NCBI GenBank assembly: GCA_963422205.2
Contig: CAXMWX010000007.1
Location: forward strand, 64,001 to 128,000
Length of the DNA stretch: 64,000 nucleotides
Origin: Gammaproteobacteria bacterium
GTDB taxonomy: Bacteria > Pseudomonadota > Gammaproteobacteria > Eutrophobiales > Eutrophobiaceae
Reading direction: 5' to 3'
Shown: positions 29,992 to 40,675 of the stretch, piece after piece
How positions within the stretch are numbered: the first letter of the stretch is position 1
How the letters are laid out: each line of letters begins with the position of its first letter
Notes under the pieces: model-generated
What the model saw: only the letters and a program-made list of their open reading frames with translations
Database searches by the model: none
Told to the model about the DNA's origin: nothing
Position numbers and translations under genes: made by a program

Positions 29992-32900
29992 TCAGCCGCC
30001 ATCGCCCGGCCTATCCGCACCCGGCCGGTCGGTATAATCGCCATAATGGAACAGGATAATCGGCATGATTAACAGGTTGAGCAGGGTGGAAGAGGCCAGG
30101 CCGCCGATGATGATGGTTGCCATCGGCCCCATGATCTCCCGGCCTGCATTATCGCTGTCGATAGCGATGGGCAACATGGCCAGGGCAGTCACCAGGGCGG
30201 TCATGAGGATGCTGGGCAGGCGTTCCTGTGCGCCCTGGATGACGGTGTCCAGGTTCCACTGGCGGGCCTCCCTGGCGAGCAGGTGTTCGTAGTGAGAGAC
30301 CAGCATGATGGCGTTCCTCACCGTGATGCCAAACAGGGTGACAAAGCCAACGAGCGAGCCCACCGACAGGACGGCGCCTGTCAACAGCACAGCCAGCACA
30401 CCACCGACCAGAGAAAACGGCAGATTAACCAGCATCAGCAACAGGTTTCTGACATTGCCGATGGCCACATAGATCAATAGCAAAACCAGAATCCCGGCCA
30501 GTGAAGAATATAAAATCAACGCCTGTCTGGCCTGCCGCTGCTCTATCGCTGCGCCCGTGAACTCAGGATAGGTATCGCGCCGAAATGTCACCTGATTGAG
30601 AATACGCCGCTTGAGCTGCTGCATGAAGCTGTCTATATCCACCCCCTGCACGTTGCAGGTCACTGTTTGCAGCCGCCTGCCGTCCTGATGCAGGATATTG
30701 TAACGACCGCTTGTCTGTTTCAAATCCGCCAGTTGTGCCAGGTTGACCACTGTGCCGGCGGCGGTCTTAACCGGTAGGCCGGCGATGTGTGCAGGCTCAC
30801 CCCGCTGCTCTTCCGGCAGGATGACAACGACATCAATCGCCTGATTATCATAACTCACTCGCCCCACGGCGACCCCCTGATAGGCGGTCTTGATCGTCTG
30901 CATGACGCTGCCCGGCGGTACGCCATGAAAAGCCAGCGCCGCCGGGTTTAAGCCTATATCGAACACAGGTGTGGCCGGCGGTGAGCGCACCTGGATGTCG
31001 GTGGCGCCGGGGATCCCCGCCATCACGGCGGCGATTTCATGCGCCTTGCTGTCGAGATAATCCAGATCATCGCCATAAATATTGACCACCACGGGCGAGG
31101 TATAGCCGGAGATGGTCTCATCCACCCGTTCAATTAAAAACGTGTTAGCCTCAAATACGATCCCCGGAAACTCGGAGAGAATGCGGCGTAATTGCTGCAA
31201 GATGGCCTCCTGCTCTGCACCGGACATGGGTTTGAGATCAATTTCATATTCACTGTAGTGACTGCCATAGGTATCTGCACCTCGTTCTGCCCGGCCTGCC
31301 CATTGTGAGACTGAACGCACCCCCGGGATCTGCAGAAAAGAATCCGTCAGGCGGTTGCCCATGCGGATGGATTCCTGCAATGACGTGCCGGGCGCACTGG
31401 TCGTATGCACGATGTAATGTCCCTCTCTTAGTTCGGGCAGGAACTGTGCGCCCACGCTCGGCAAAACAGCAATGATGCCCAAACAGAGCAGGCCGGTGAC
31501 AAACACGGTGACATTCGGATAGCGATTCAACCGGATCAAGAGGGTTTTATACACCGATTGCAGGCCGCAGATTACGGGCGGTGTTGTTCGCTGCCATGTC
31601 TCTTGGGTCAACAACAAATAACACAACGCCGGAGTCACGGTTAAGGCGACAAGCAGCGACATCAAAATGGCAAGAATATAAGCGAACGCCAGCGGCGAGA
31701 ACAGCTTGCCGGCAACACCGCCAAGTAACATCAGCGGCACAAACACCAGCGCCACGATAAAACTGGCATAGACAACCGAGCTTCTGACCTCCATCGAGGC
31801 ATCAAACACAAGGCGTGCCACGGGCTGGGGGCGGACTGCGGCGGCGTTCTCGTGCAGACGGCGAAAAATATTCTCGGTATCAATGATGGCATCATCCACC
31901 ACTTCACCCAAGGCGATAGCCAGCCCACCGAGGATCATGATATTTAAATTAAAGCCCAGCTCGATTAGAATAACCGCGGCCGATAACAAGGATAAGGGGA
32001 TGGCAAGCGCGGGTATTAAGGCGGTTTTCAGATCGTATAAAAACAAAAATAAAACCAGGATAACAAACAAGCCACCGATCAGCAGATGACCGGCGATATT
32101 CTGTAATGAGGTTTCGATGTAATTGGCCGGGCGAAACAGCCCGGCGTGGAATGTGATCCCGTGCGGCTGTAATACGTTTTCAAGATCCGCCAGCACATGC
32201 TCAACAGCACGTGATACAGTCAACGTATTGGCGCCATACTGGCCGATCACCATCATGATGACGCCGGGCTGCCCCATGATGCTGGCCGCCCCATACGGCG
32301 GCTCGGCGGCATAACGTATATCGGCGACATCCTGCAAACGGATGCGGCTGCCACCCTGCTGCTGGATAATCATGGACTTCAGCTCTTCGGCTGTATCGGG
32401 CTGGCCTGATAGCGTCAGTATGATGCGCTGATTGGCATTCTCGACAAAACCGACACCGTACATGGCTATCGCATCGTTAGCCGTATCCACCACCTGCTGT
32501 ACGCTGAGCTGATATTTTTTTAATGCCTCGGTGTCAAGCTGGATCTGCAGCTGCCTGATCTGGCCGCCAAACACATTCACATCCGCCACCCCGGCAACAC
32601 TCATGATCCTGGGTACGATGGAGCGATCAACGACATCACGCAGTTGCATCAAGTCCGCCGCTTCAGCACTGACGCCAATCGTCATAATCGTTGCCGATGA
32701 TGATGCCATTGGCAGTGCCTGCGCCGGGCCAACGCCGGCAGGCAGCTGCTCACTTATCCCGGCCAGCCTCTCGCTCACTAATTGCCGGTTGCGATACACA
32801 TCCGTCTGCTCCTGAAAGAACACATTAATGATAGACAAGCCCTGTATGGATTCAGAGCGCACGGTATCCAGGCCGATCAACCCACTGATGGCACGCTCGA

Positions 32901-33105
32901 CAGGATGCGTCACAAGCTGCTCGACCTGCTCGGCTGAATAGCCGGGGACCTCGGTCTGAATAATGATAAGCGGCGGGGAGAACTCAGGAAAAATATCCAG
33001 CCCGGCGTTGACCAGCCGATAGCAGCCATAAATCATCAAAAGACAGGCCAGGCTGATGACCACGGCCTTTCGGTCTATGGAAAACCGGATGAGTGCTGCC
33101 AGCAT
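29992..33105 (-). CDS. CzcA/CusA-family heavy-metal RND permease
   Basis: DIFPEF, LGGLAIALGEVVDDAII, LPELREG, GFVTLFGITVRNAIM, ERLPSILMTA. Confidence 0.92.
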   Translation of the reverse strand: MLAALIRFSIDRKAVVISLACLLMIYGCYRLVNAGLDIFPEFSPPLIIIQTEVPGYSAEQVEQLVTHPVERAISGLIGLDTVRSESIQGLSIINVFFQEQTDVYRNRQLVSERLAGISEQLPAGVGPAQALPMASSSATIMTIGVSAEAADLMQLRDVVDRSIVPRIMSVAGVADVNVFGGQIRQLQIQLDTEALKKYQLSVQQVVDTANDAIAMYGVGFVENANQRIILTLSGQPDTAEELKSMIIQQQGGSRIRLQDVADIRYAAEPPYGAASIMGQPGVIMMVIGQYGANTLTVSRAVEHVLADLENVLQPHGITFHAGLFRPANYIETSLQNIAGHLLIGGLFVILVLFLFLYDLKTALIPALAIPLSLLSAAVILIELGFNLNIMILGGLAIALGEVVDDAIIDTENIFRRLHENAAAVRPQPVARLVFDASMEVRSSVVYASFIVALVFVPLMLLGGVAGKLFSPLAFAYILAILMSLLVALTVTPALCYLLLTQETWQRTTPPVICGLQSVYKTLLIRLNRYPNVTVFVTGLLCLGIIAVLPSVGAQFLPELREGHYIVHTTSAPGTSLQESIRMGNRLTDSFLQIPGVRSVSQWAGRAERGADTYGSHYSEYEIDLKPMSGAEQEAILQQLRRILSEFPGIVFEANTFLIERVDETISGYTSPVVVNIYGDDLDYLDSKAHEIAAVMAGIPGATDIQVRSPPATPVFDIGLNPAALAFHGVPPGSVMQTIKTAYQGVAVGRVSYDNQAIDVVVILPEEQRGEPAHIAGLPVKTAAGTVVNLAQLADLKQTSGRYNILHQDGRRLQTVTCNVQGVDIDSFMQQLKRRILNQVTFRRDTYPEFTGAAIEQRQARQALILYSSLAGILVLLLIYVAIGNVRNLLLMLVNLPFSLVGGVLAVLLTGAVLSVGSLVGFVTLFGITVRNAIMLVSHYEHLLAREARQWNLDTVIQGAQERLPSILMTALVTALAMLPIAIDSDNAGREIMGPMATIIIGGLASSTLLNLLIMPIILFHYGDYTDRPGADRPGDGG

Positions 33106-33125
33106 GTCATGCCGCCTGATAAAAT

Positions 33126-34163
33126 TTACGGAACATCATCCTCATCAGGTATACGCCAGCGAAATTCTTCGGATAACAGAATTTGTGCGCCCTTAAAAAC
33201 ATAGTCCAGATTGACCAGCGCCTGATTGGCGACAAACCAGCCGCTGCCGGTTTTATAATAGTCCTGAAGTTCCATCCGGTTGAACACATCGGCCCCGGTC
33301 TTGATATACAGCCAGGGTTTATCCTCATGCCAGATAACGGCATTCGCCTCCACGATGACCCCCGGTACGGGTTGCCCGGCAGCCACCCAGGCATAGACCC
33401 TCATGCCCGCTTTTAACCTGCCCGCCTGCACGCTGAAGAGATGGCTCTCCCTTTGGCTTGCTGTCTTGGCATGAATAGAGCGGCTGACGTAGCTGGCCGG
33501 TATTGCCGTTGCCCTGTCGGCACTGTCATGAATAAAAGCGGACGATAGCCCCATCGCCCCACTCACCTCATCATCCAGCGTGATGTCCACCAGCAGCCTC
33601 TCGCCATTTAACACCGCTGTCAGGGGCTGCGGATCTTCCGCAAAAAACCAGCCGGCAATCCTCTCCCCCCACTGCCGTTGCAGGGTGTTCCTTGTTGCCT
33701 TTATCTGTTGTTCCAGGTTTTTCGACTGCATGAAATCTTCCTGGTACTGACGTTTTGCCTCATCATAACGCCGGGCGGTGGTATGGGAATGCTCCTTGTT
33801 CAACAGCACAACGCGCTGTAGCTCATTCGTGCTGGCCTTCAGCGCATTGTTGCTTAAATTTAACGCATGTCTGGTCGCACTTAACTGCTCATAAATCGCC
33901 ATCAAATCATCAACAGGCAACACATAACCCACCCCGCCATGTTCCGGCTGATAATCGGCCTGTACTGCCCGGCGGGTTTGAATCCCGGCAGCACGCTGTG
34001 CTGCAATGCCGATATAAACCGTGCCGGCTTGATACTCGCCCTCGGCCTGTTCTAACTCATCCTCCTCGTGCTTACTTTCATGTGCATGGAAAAAAGTATA
34101 AAAGCCGATAATTGCCAACAGCACGATGAACAGCATCAGGTAAATGCGTTGTATCTTATTCAT
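33126..34163 (-). CDS. RND periplasmic adaptor (membrane fusion protein)
   Basis: N-terminal TM, His/Glu-rich stretch, coiled-coil hairpin, LKAGMRV, GAQILLSEEF; directly upstream of the permease. Confidence 0.8.
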   Translation of the reverse strand: MNKIQRIYLMLFIVLLAIIGFYTFFHAHESKHEEDELEQAEGEYQAGTVYIGIAAQRAAGIQTRRAVQADYQPEHGGVGYVLPVDDLMAIYEQLSATRHALNLSNNALKASTNELQRVVLLNKEHSHTTARRYDEAKRQYQEDFMQSKNLEQQIKATRNTLQRQWGERIAGWFFAEDPQPLTAVLNGERLLVDITLDDEVSGAMGLSSAFIHDSADRATAIPASYVSRSIHAKTASQRESHLFSVQAGRLKAGMRVYAWVAAGQPVPGVIVEANAVIWHEDKPWLYIKTGADVFNRMELQDYYKTGSGWFVANQALVNLDYVFKGAQILLSEEFRWRIPDEDDVP

Positions 34164-34289
34164 GTCACTGGAAGATCACCTCTTCATTGCCCGGCTTTTG
34201 CCTGGCATTGTGCAGATAATAACGTTGTTTATACCCGAATGACAGACACGCCACGGTGGTATTACTATCAGAGCGGCATGAGCGATAAC

Positions 34290-34533
34290 TGTATAAGTTC
34301 AGAAACCTATTGCACTATTCTCATGAATGCGGTCTGCGAGCGTTTTCATCGAACCATGGTTGGTGAGCCTGCCGAACCATTCAAGAGCAGTCCTGCCTGT
34401 GCGTCCCTTCACGCAGACAGGCTGGCTGGTCAAATACAATGGCCTGCGCCCGCACAAAGGACTGGGATGATAAGCCCCGGCGCAGTACATTATCCAGCAT
34501 AACAAAAAGGGCAATAGGTGGTGGACTCATACA
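34290..34533 (+). mobile_element. Internally deleted IS481-family element (MITE-like)
   Basis: Ends TGTATAAGTTCAGAAACCTATTGC and GCAATAGGTGGTGGACTCATACA form TGT...ACA inverted repeats; residual MNAVCERFHRT and WLVKYNGLRPHKGL. Confidence 0.75.
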
Positions 34534-34621
34534 TGGTGTTGAGCCGCTTAATCAAGTATTCTCAAATATCCACCCATCTGATGTACTTGCAAATTGAATT
34601 AACATAGTAATAGTAGAGCCC

Positions 34622-35511
34622 ATGGATAAATTGCCAAAATTTCAAGAAACCTTTATTCCATTTTATATATTTTGAATCAGAAATCGACCGCAATCTCCTT
34701 AGAAGAGATACGCCGCAAGGTGCGGGATAGGTTTTACGCTCGTTTACCCCGTGAATTGCTGCAACAACAAACTTCTACGGGTACAAATACACTATTAGAT
34801 AGAATAGGTTGGGCCGCTTCTTACTTGTTTTTAGCTGGCTATCTTGAGAAACCCAAAAGAGGTTTTTATCAAATTGGCAGTAAAGGCGCACAATCTTTAC
34901 ACAAGGGCAGTCTGCCTCTGAAAGAGTTAAAAAATCAACCAGAATATCAGACTCACCAGGCATTCCATCATCAAAAATCAGGTAAGGAAGATGAAGCAAC
35001 GGAGGAGAATACGCCTATCGATAATATTGACAAGGGCATTCAGGCTATTGAGCAAGAAATCAAAAACAAACTGCTTGAGAAAATCAGCAGCATCAATCCT
35101 TATGATTTTGAAAAAGTCATTTTAGACTTGCTGCAAGCTATGGGCTATGGCGATACAATTTCAACAGCAAAATCCAATGATGGCGGGATTGATGGCATAG
35201 TCAATGAAGACAAGCTGGGGCTGGATAAAATTTATATTCAGGCCAAACGTTTTAATGAAGGCAAGGTGCGTGAAAAAGAGATCCGGGATTTTATTGGCGC
35301 GATGAGCGGCGATACAAGCAAAGGCATTTTTGTGACGACTTCAGATTTTGATCATAAAGCAATCGAAAAAGTAAAAACAGCACACCATAAAATCAGATTA
35401 ATTAACGGTGCTGAATTAGTAAAACTTATGTATGACTACGGCATTGGCGTACAGGTAGAAAGTATTATCAAAATCAAAAAGGTTAATTCCGGCTTTTTTG
35501 AAGAACAGTGA
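34622..35511 (+). CDS. mrr: Mrr-family type IV restriction endonuclease (frameshift near 34660)
   Basis: Mrr_N LDRIGWAASYL; SNDGGIDG, DKLGLDKIYIQAKR, FVTTSDF, LINGAEL; N-terminus MDKLPKFQETFIP starts at 34622 in another frame. Confidence 0.88.
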
Positions 35512-35528
35512 GCAGACAGATTCACCAT

Positions 35529-36353
35529 TCAATGCCGGATACGCAAAAACACCGGATGTTTGAATTTCCCCTTTTTCGTCACGCCATAATACTTGAACCT
35601 AATGGTCGTACCTGTGTCAGGCGGGTTTTCCCGCTGGGCGTCGGTAAACCCGGAGCCCACTTTAACCGCTACGCCCTCTTTTGTGATGCACAGCAGTGCC
35701 CCCATTTTGCCTGCATATTTGCCCTTGCCCGGCAGAACCGCTTCCACTATGCATTCCGCATCCAAATGCTGTTTCATCTTCAAGGCCGAATTCAAGCGCC
35801 CGGTCTGATAGCCCAGATCCGGGTTTCTTACCACGACGCCCTCGCCACCTTTGCTCACCACCTCATGCAGAAACTGCTTGAGCTGTTCCTGACGGGTAAT
35901 TGGATACTGTTTAATGATTTTAATGGGCGTATGCGGATGCTCCGCCAGATAATCCCGCAGCACCTGTAACCGCTCCATCAACCCGCCCGGTTGCTCGGGC
36001 ACTTCAAAAATCCAGTGGGTGATGCCATGCCAGCGTTCATCCGGCTTTTTGCGCCTGACGATACTGCTGGTTTGTTCAAAATCCTGTACGCCTGTCCACA
36101 ACTCCCCATCGATGGCAAACGGCGGATACTGTTTGACAAACCAATCCGGCGCCATGATCTTCTCACCGCTGCGCGTCAGCAACTGCCGGCCATCCCAAAA
36201 CCCGCGAATACCATCCAGTTTCTCACTCATCACCCAGCCCACCACCGGCATCCCGTCATCGTAGGTTTTCAGTAAAAACAAATCCGGTTTGTCCGCCGCC
36301 AGCAAAAAACCCGGCAGGCATAACAGACACAACAGACCGATGATTTTTTTCAT
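35529..36353 (-). CDS. Periplasmic minimal ATP-dependent DNA ligase (Lig E type)
   Basis: Signal peptide MKKIIGLLCLLCLPGFLLA; motif I SEKLDGIR, IDGELW, GGEGVVVR, LKMK, OB-fold VGSGF. Confidence 0.9.
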   Translation of the reverse strand: MKKIIGLLCLLCLPGFLLAADKPDLFLLKTYDDGMPVVGWVMSEKLDGIRGFWDGRQLLTRSGEKIMAPDWFVKQYPPFAIDGELWTGVQDFEQTSSIVRRKKPDERWHGITHWIFEVPEQPGGLMERLQVLRDYLAEHPHTPIKIIKQYPITRQEQLKQFLHEVVSKGGEGVVVRNPDLGYQTGRLNSALKMKQHLDAECIVEAVLPGKGKYAGKMGALLCITKEGVAVKVGSGFTDAQRENPPDTGTTIRFKYYGVTKKGKFKHPVFLRIRH

Positions 36354-36576
36354 GGGATGCGACCTTGAGTTTATTGATCGGCACGCAACAGCAACAGCAT
36401 TCAGATGCTGTCCGCTACGCTCTAAGGCCGGTGATTGAGCATCAAACCCCTGGCCATACTGCTCAAATAGGCGCGGGGTTCTCTGATTGAATGAAGTCAA
36501 GTTCACTTCAGAGTACATCAAACGAGAATGCTTATCAATTTTGATGGGGCGACAGTCAGATGGCGATTAACTCTTT

Positions 36577-37627
36577 TGTACAAGTTCAAAAACCTATTGC
36601 CCTATTCGTAAGAGAGAGAACGAGAGCACTATCAGCATATAGGGTATCGAATAAAAGGCTTTTATCGCACGGGCAGCCATGCAATAAGGGCGGACATGAA
36701 TAATCAAATCGCCGCACAGCGTCCCTGCTTGCGTGCTGCGTGCAGGCAAGTCAGTGTGCTTAGATTCTGGGACAAGCATGGCCTGACCCGCCCTTGACCA
36801 CAGTGGCAGTGGTTCGACAAGCTCACCCACCAGAGCCGCCGTACCCTGTATGCCTGGCGCAAAGCCTACCGCGAGTGGGGACTGTCTGGCTTGTGTCCGA
36901 CCCCCAAAGCACCGAAGCGCACTCGCCGCTGACCACAAGCGGTTATCCAGCAGATACGCCAACGGCGCCAAGACCTGCCCAATCTGGATAAAGAGCAGTG
37001 TCAGGTACTGCTCAGATCCTGGTGTCAGGCCAGGGGATTGCCCTGTCCCAGTACTTCGACCATTGGCCGCCCTGTCTGTGCGGGTACGCAGACGGGCTGA
37101 TTGCCGATACCCCCGACAAGAGGCGAATCTCACCCCCGGCCTTGAGCCCGAAGGGGAAAGCCAAAGCCTATCGAAGAACCCCCGTCACACGCCGCCCTAA
37201 AGGCTATCGCCCCAGCCAGATTGGCGAGTGTGTGGGACTGGACGCCATCGAGCGGCGTAGGCAGGTGGCCGGGGGGTATCTCCTCACCTCTATTGACGAA
37301 GCCAGTGGCTATGCCTTAGTCCTGGCGGTGCCGAAACGGAGCAGCCAAGCTGCCAGAGACTTCTTTGAGACGTGTTTCCGCTTGACCCCCTTCCCCATCC
37401 AGCAGGTGATTACCGACAGTGGCGTTACGTTCAAGGGCGCGTTTGACCAACGGCTCAATGATAGTCAGATCCTGCATCTATACACCTATCCCAAAACCCC
37501 AAAAATGAATGCCGTGGCTGGTGAGCTTGTCGAACCATCTGTGAGCGCTTTAACCGCACCATGGTTGGTGAGCCTGCCGAACCCTATCCAGTACAACAAA
37601 AAGGGCAATAGGGGGTGGGCGCATACA
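36577..37627 (+). mobile_element. IS481-family element, transposase pseudogene with five short insertions
   Basis: TGTACAAGTTCAAAAACCTATTGC ... GCAATAGGGGGTGGGCGCATACA ends; fragments SRRTLYAWRK, GLDAIE, ITDSG, TYPKTPKMNA(VC)ERFNRT. Confidence 0.82.
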
Positions 37628-37689
37628 CCAGCTTGTCATTTCATGTTGAATGGATTAGTGTCTGCACCGCAATGACAAGGACTGATGAT

Positions 37690-37765
37690 GCCGGATTAGC
37701 TCAGTTGGTAGAGCACCCGCCTTGTAAGCGGACGGTCGGGAGTTCGAGTCCCCCATCCGGCACCA
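37690..37765 (+). tRNA. tRNA-Thr(TGT)
   Basis: GCCGGAT/ATCCGGC acceptor stem, AGCTCAGTTGGTAGAGC D arm, CTTGTAA anticodon loop, TTCGAGT, encoded CCA. Confidence 0.9.
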
Positions 37766-37878
37766 ACCACTGTCTCATCTATCCGCACTTAAACCGGGTT
37801 TTGTTTCTCTTATCTCAGTTGAAGCTGCGAGCAGGCCAACGCCGAATGGATCAACATGCCCTGCTATCCATCGCCCGG

Positions 37879-38961
37879 CTACTGCCTGGCGGCACTGCCA
37901 TACAGTAACTCATGATAGTGTTGCAGCCTGGTATGTAATTCCGCATGGCTGGCAGCCGACAGATTGACATGCCCCAGTTTTCTATCCGGGCGATACGATT
38001 TGCCGTACCAGTGAACATCAATATCAGCATTCGCAAGCCATGCCGGTTTGAACTCAAGACCAACAAGATTGATCATGCCAGCACAACCCTCCACAACAGG
38101 CGGAGTGAGCGGGGAGTTCATCAACGCTAACAGATGCAGTTGAAATTGATTGAGGCTCGCCCCGGTTTGTGTCCAGTGACCGCTGTTATGCACCCGCGGT
38201 GCGATCTCATTGACAAGCAGCTTGCCTCCCTCGATAAATAATTCAGCCGCCATGACGCCCTCATAGCCAAGCGCCTGCATGATGTGTCCAAGCATATCCT
38301 CAGCCACCTGCTGGACAGGCTCACTATCAGGTGCAGGGGCAATACTGTAACGCAATATGCCCTCAATATGGACGTTCTCAGTGAGGGGATAAAACACACA
38401 CTGACCCGCACGGTTGCGGGCGCCAAGCACCGACAGCTCTCGGTCGAAATCGATCCTCGGCTCAGCGATAGCGGCCTTGCCGGCGGGCAGCGGCGATTCG
38501 GCAACCGGGCGATTGGCCGACATAAACCACTGACCACGGCCATCGTAACCCCCTTCGGCCAGCTTCAACACCACGTCTTTACCCAGCCTGGCATGGACAG
38601 GCGACAGATCATCGGCGGCTGTCACCGGCAACCAGGCCGCCGTTGGTATGGACAGACGATCCAGCAGCGCTTTTTGCCTTCGTCTGTGCGCCAGCGTGTA
38701 CAACGCCTGCTCGCCATGCCAGCCTGGGTTAGCACGCAGATCATTCACCAGCGCTGTATCGGGGATATGCTCGCGCTCTATCGTGATGATGTCATAGTCA
38801 GTCGGGCTGAACTGATCCAGGCTGTGTACCTTGCCGCTGCTGCCGTAGAGAATACCACCGTTATCAATATCCAGCCGGTCGATCGTCATGCCCCAGCGGG
38901 CGCCAGCCTCCGCCAGCATCAGCCCAAGCTGGCCGCTGCCCAGCACCAGTATTCGCTGCAT
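37879..38961 (-). CDS. purK: N5-carboxyaminoimidazole ribonucleotide synthase
   Basis: VLGSGQLGLML, GGYDGRGQ, VNEIAPRVHNSGHWT, RKLGHVN. Confidence 0.95.
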   Translation of the reverse strand: MQRILVLGSGQLGLMLAEAGARWGMTIDRLDIDNGGILYGSSGKVHSLDQFSPTDYDIITIEREHIPDTALVNDLRANPGWHGEQALYTLAHRRRQKALLDRLSIPTAAWLPVTAADDLSPVHARLGKDVVLKLAEGGYDGRGQWFMSANRPVAESPLPAGKAAIAEPRIDFDRELSVLGARNRAGQCVFYPLTENVHIEGILRYSIAPAPDSEPVQQVAEDMLGHIMQALGYEGVMAAELFIEGGKLLVNEIAPRVHNSGHWTQTGASLNQFQLHLLALMNSPLTPPVVEGCAGMINLVGLEFKPAWLANADIDVHWYGKSYRPDRKLGHVNLSAASHAELHTRLQHYHELLYGSAARQ

Positions 38962-38964
38962 TGC

Positions 38965-39465
38965 TTATTTGCCCGGAGCTTTGCCTGGGTCAGGGTTAGT
39001 CAGCACCTCATCGGTACGTTGCTCCCGCCAGGCCCTCACCCGGTCTGCCAACCCCCTGTCGCCCAGTGCCAGTATCTGGCCGGCCAGCAGGCCGGCATTG
39101 AACGCCCCTGCCGTGCCGATGGCCAGCGTACCCACCGCCACGCCCCTGGGCATCTGCACGATGGACAGCAAGCTGTCCAGGCCGTTTAAGTGTGCGCTGT
39201 TAATCGGCACACCCAAAACCGGCCGAGAGGTATGGGCGGCCACCATACCGGGCAGGTGCGCGGCACCACCCGCACCGGCGATGATCACCTGAAAGCCTTG
39301 CCGTTCGGCCTGCTGGGAGAATTGCTGTAACTTCACCGGCGTGCGATGCGCCGAGACAATTTCGGTATGATAACCCACGCCCAACTCATCCAGCACACCG
39401 CAGGCAGCCTGCATGGTTTGCCAATCACTGTGAGAGCCCATGATGACGGCGACCGGCTTGCTCAT
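38965..39465 (-). CDS. purE: N5-CAIR mutase
   Basis: [42 protein letters not shown]. Confidence 0.97.
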   Translation of the reverse strand: MSKPVAVIMGSHSDWQTMQAACGVLDELGVGYHTEIVSAHRTPVKLQQFSQQAERQGFQVIIAGAGGAAHLPGMVAAHTSRPVLGVPINSAHLNGLDSLLSIVQMPRGVAVGTLAIGTAGAFNAGLLAGQILALGDRGLADRVRAWREQRTDEVLTNPDPGKAPGK

Positions 39466-39619
39466 TGATTTCTATCTATCCCATGATTGGCGTGAGGTAA
39501 ACGCCGTGATCGTATCATGTCCCTAAGCCTCTATACAGGGCTGCTGTACAGGATACTCCCCTCGCTTTTTATTCAAAGCACCGGGGGTTTAACGCCCCAC
39601 TGTCAGAATTTTTTTACCC

Positions 39620-40675
39620 TTACTCCTGCTCATCCAATTCATACGCTTTGCTTTTTTGAGAGTAGGTAATCCCCGGCGTTTTTTCAGCCCGCTCCCCGGT
39701 GATAGCGCGCCTGAAAACTTCGGTTATCACCGGGTTTTTATCCCGTCTTTTATCAAAATTGAGTCTGGGATAATTAAATTCGTAGAACACGCCATGCGTA
39801 TTGCCGACATTTTTCCCGCCGGTGAAGTCGAAGTAGATCACATTCGGGCTATTGAGATTTCTCGCCGTATTACCCAGGCGATCAGGATTGATGACATCGG
39901 CACAATCAAGCACTTTATCTCGCTCATTGATTGTGACATAAATCCGATTGCCAAATGACAGCTTCGGCATCCATTCGCCGTGCGATTTTGAATCAACGTC
40001 CGGCTGGCAGAGAATGATATTTTCAAACATACGCATCTCGCCATTGTAGTGAACGGGATTACGCACAAACTCCTCCAGCAGGCGATTGCCCAGACTGTAT
40101 GACATAAAACTTAAACGAATGTCACAGTTGCGATTGAAGGGGCGTGAGCACAGATACCTCGACAGCGCCTCCAGGATGCGGTCAAGCGCGGCGACAGAAT
40201 CTCTGGCATTGCCTCTTGCCCTTCGATACTCGACCGGTCCAGCACCAACCAGCAAGCCGCCAGGATTACTGGGCCAGGAAAAGGCGATAACGTTAACGTC
40301 ATAGAGTTTCTCAAGGGCGTAGCATTTTTTCAGGTTTTTCTTGAAAGATTTATTAAAACCATGAACGAAGAAGAGCCAGCGCTTTGATACGTTTCCCTCA
40401 TTCATTTCAAAAAGCATTCTGTCAAATAACTGTCGTGAGGGTGATTTGCCGGCGTCCAGGCGGGTTTTCTTTTCCGGCTGTAAATCAACGCACCAGGTGC
40501 CATCAGTTTTCCTTTTCGCTGTGGCGACACGAAGTTCATCCGGCGCCTCGTTCAAGCTGTCACCGAAGATTCTTTCATTTCCGGCAGTCTCATTGATAAC
40601 CTTTCTATTAGTGACGATGATTATCATAATAATTTTCTCCGTTTTGATGTTGGTCGTATCATTTTCAAGAGTCAT
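39620..40675 (-). CDS. DUF900-family alpha/beta hydrolase (true start may be 40627)
   Basis: FFVHGFN, IAFSWPS, SYSLGN nucleophile elbow, D.VL, RLG; lower GC. Confidence 0.8.
   Translation of the reverse strand: MTLENDTTNIKTEKIIMIIIVTNRKVINETAGNERIFGDSLNEAPDELRVATAKRKTDGTWCVDLQPEKKTRLDAGKSPSRQLFDRMLFEMNEGNVSKRWLFFVHGFNKSFKKNLKKCYALEKLYDVNVIAFSWPSNPGGLLVGAGPVEYRRARGNARDSVAALDRILEALSRYLCSRPFNRNCDIRLSFMSYSLGNRLLEEFVRNPVHYNGEMRMFENIILCQPDVDSKSHGEWMPKLSFGNRIYVTINERDKVLDCADVINPDRLGNTARNLNSPNVIYFDFTGGKNVGNTHGVFYEFNYPRLNFDKRRDKNPVITEVFRRAITGERAEKTPGITYSQKSKAYELDEQE

Noticed and set aside
34290-37627. Recurrent 23-mers read as CRISPR repeats
   Set aside because: Irregular spacing and mixed orientation; the intervening DNA is transposase sequence
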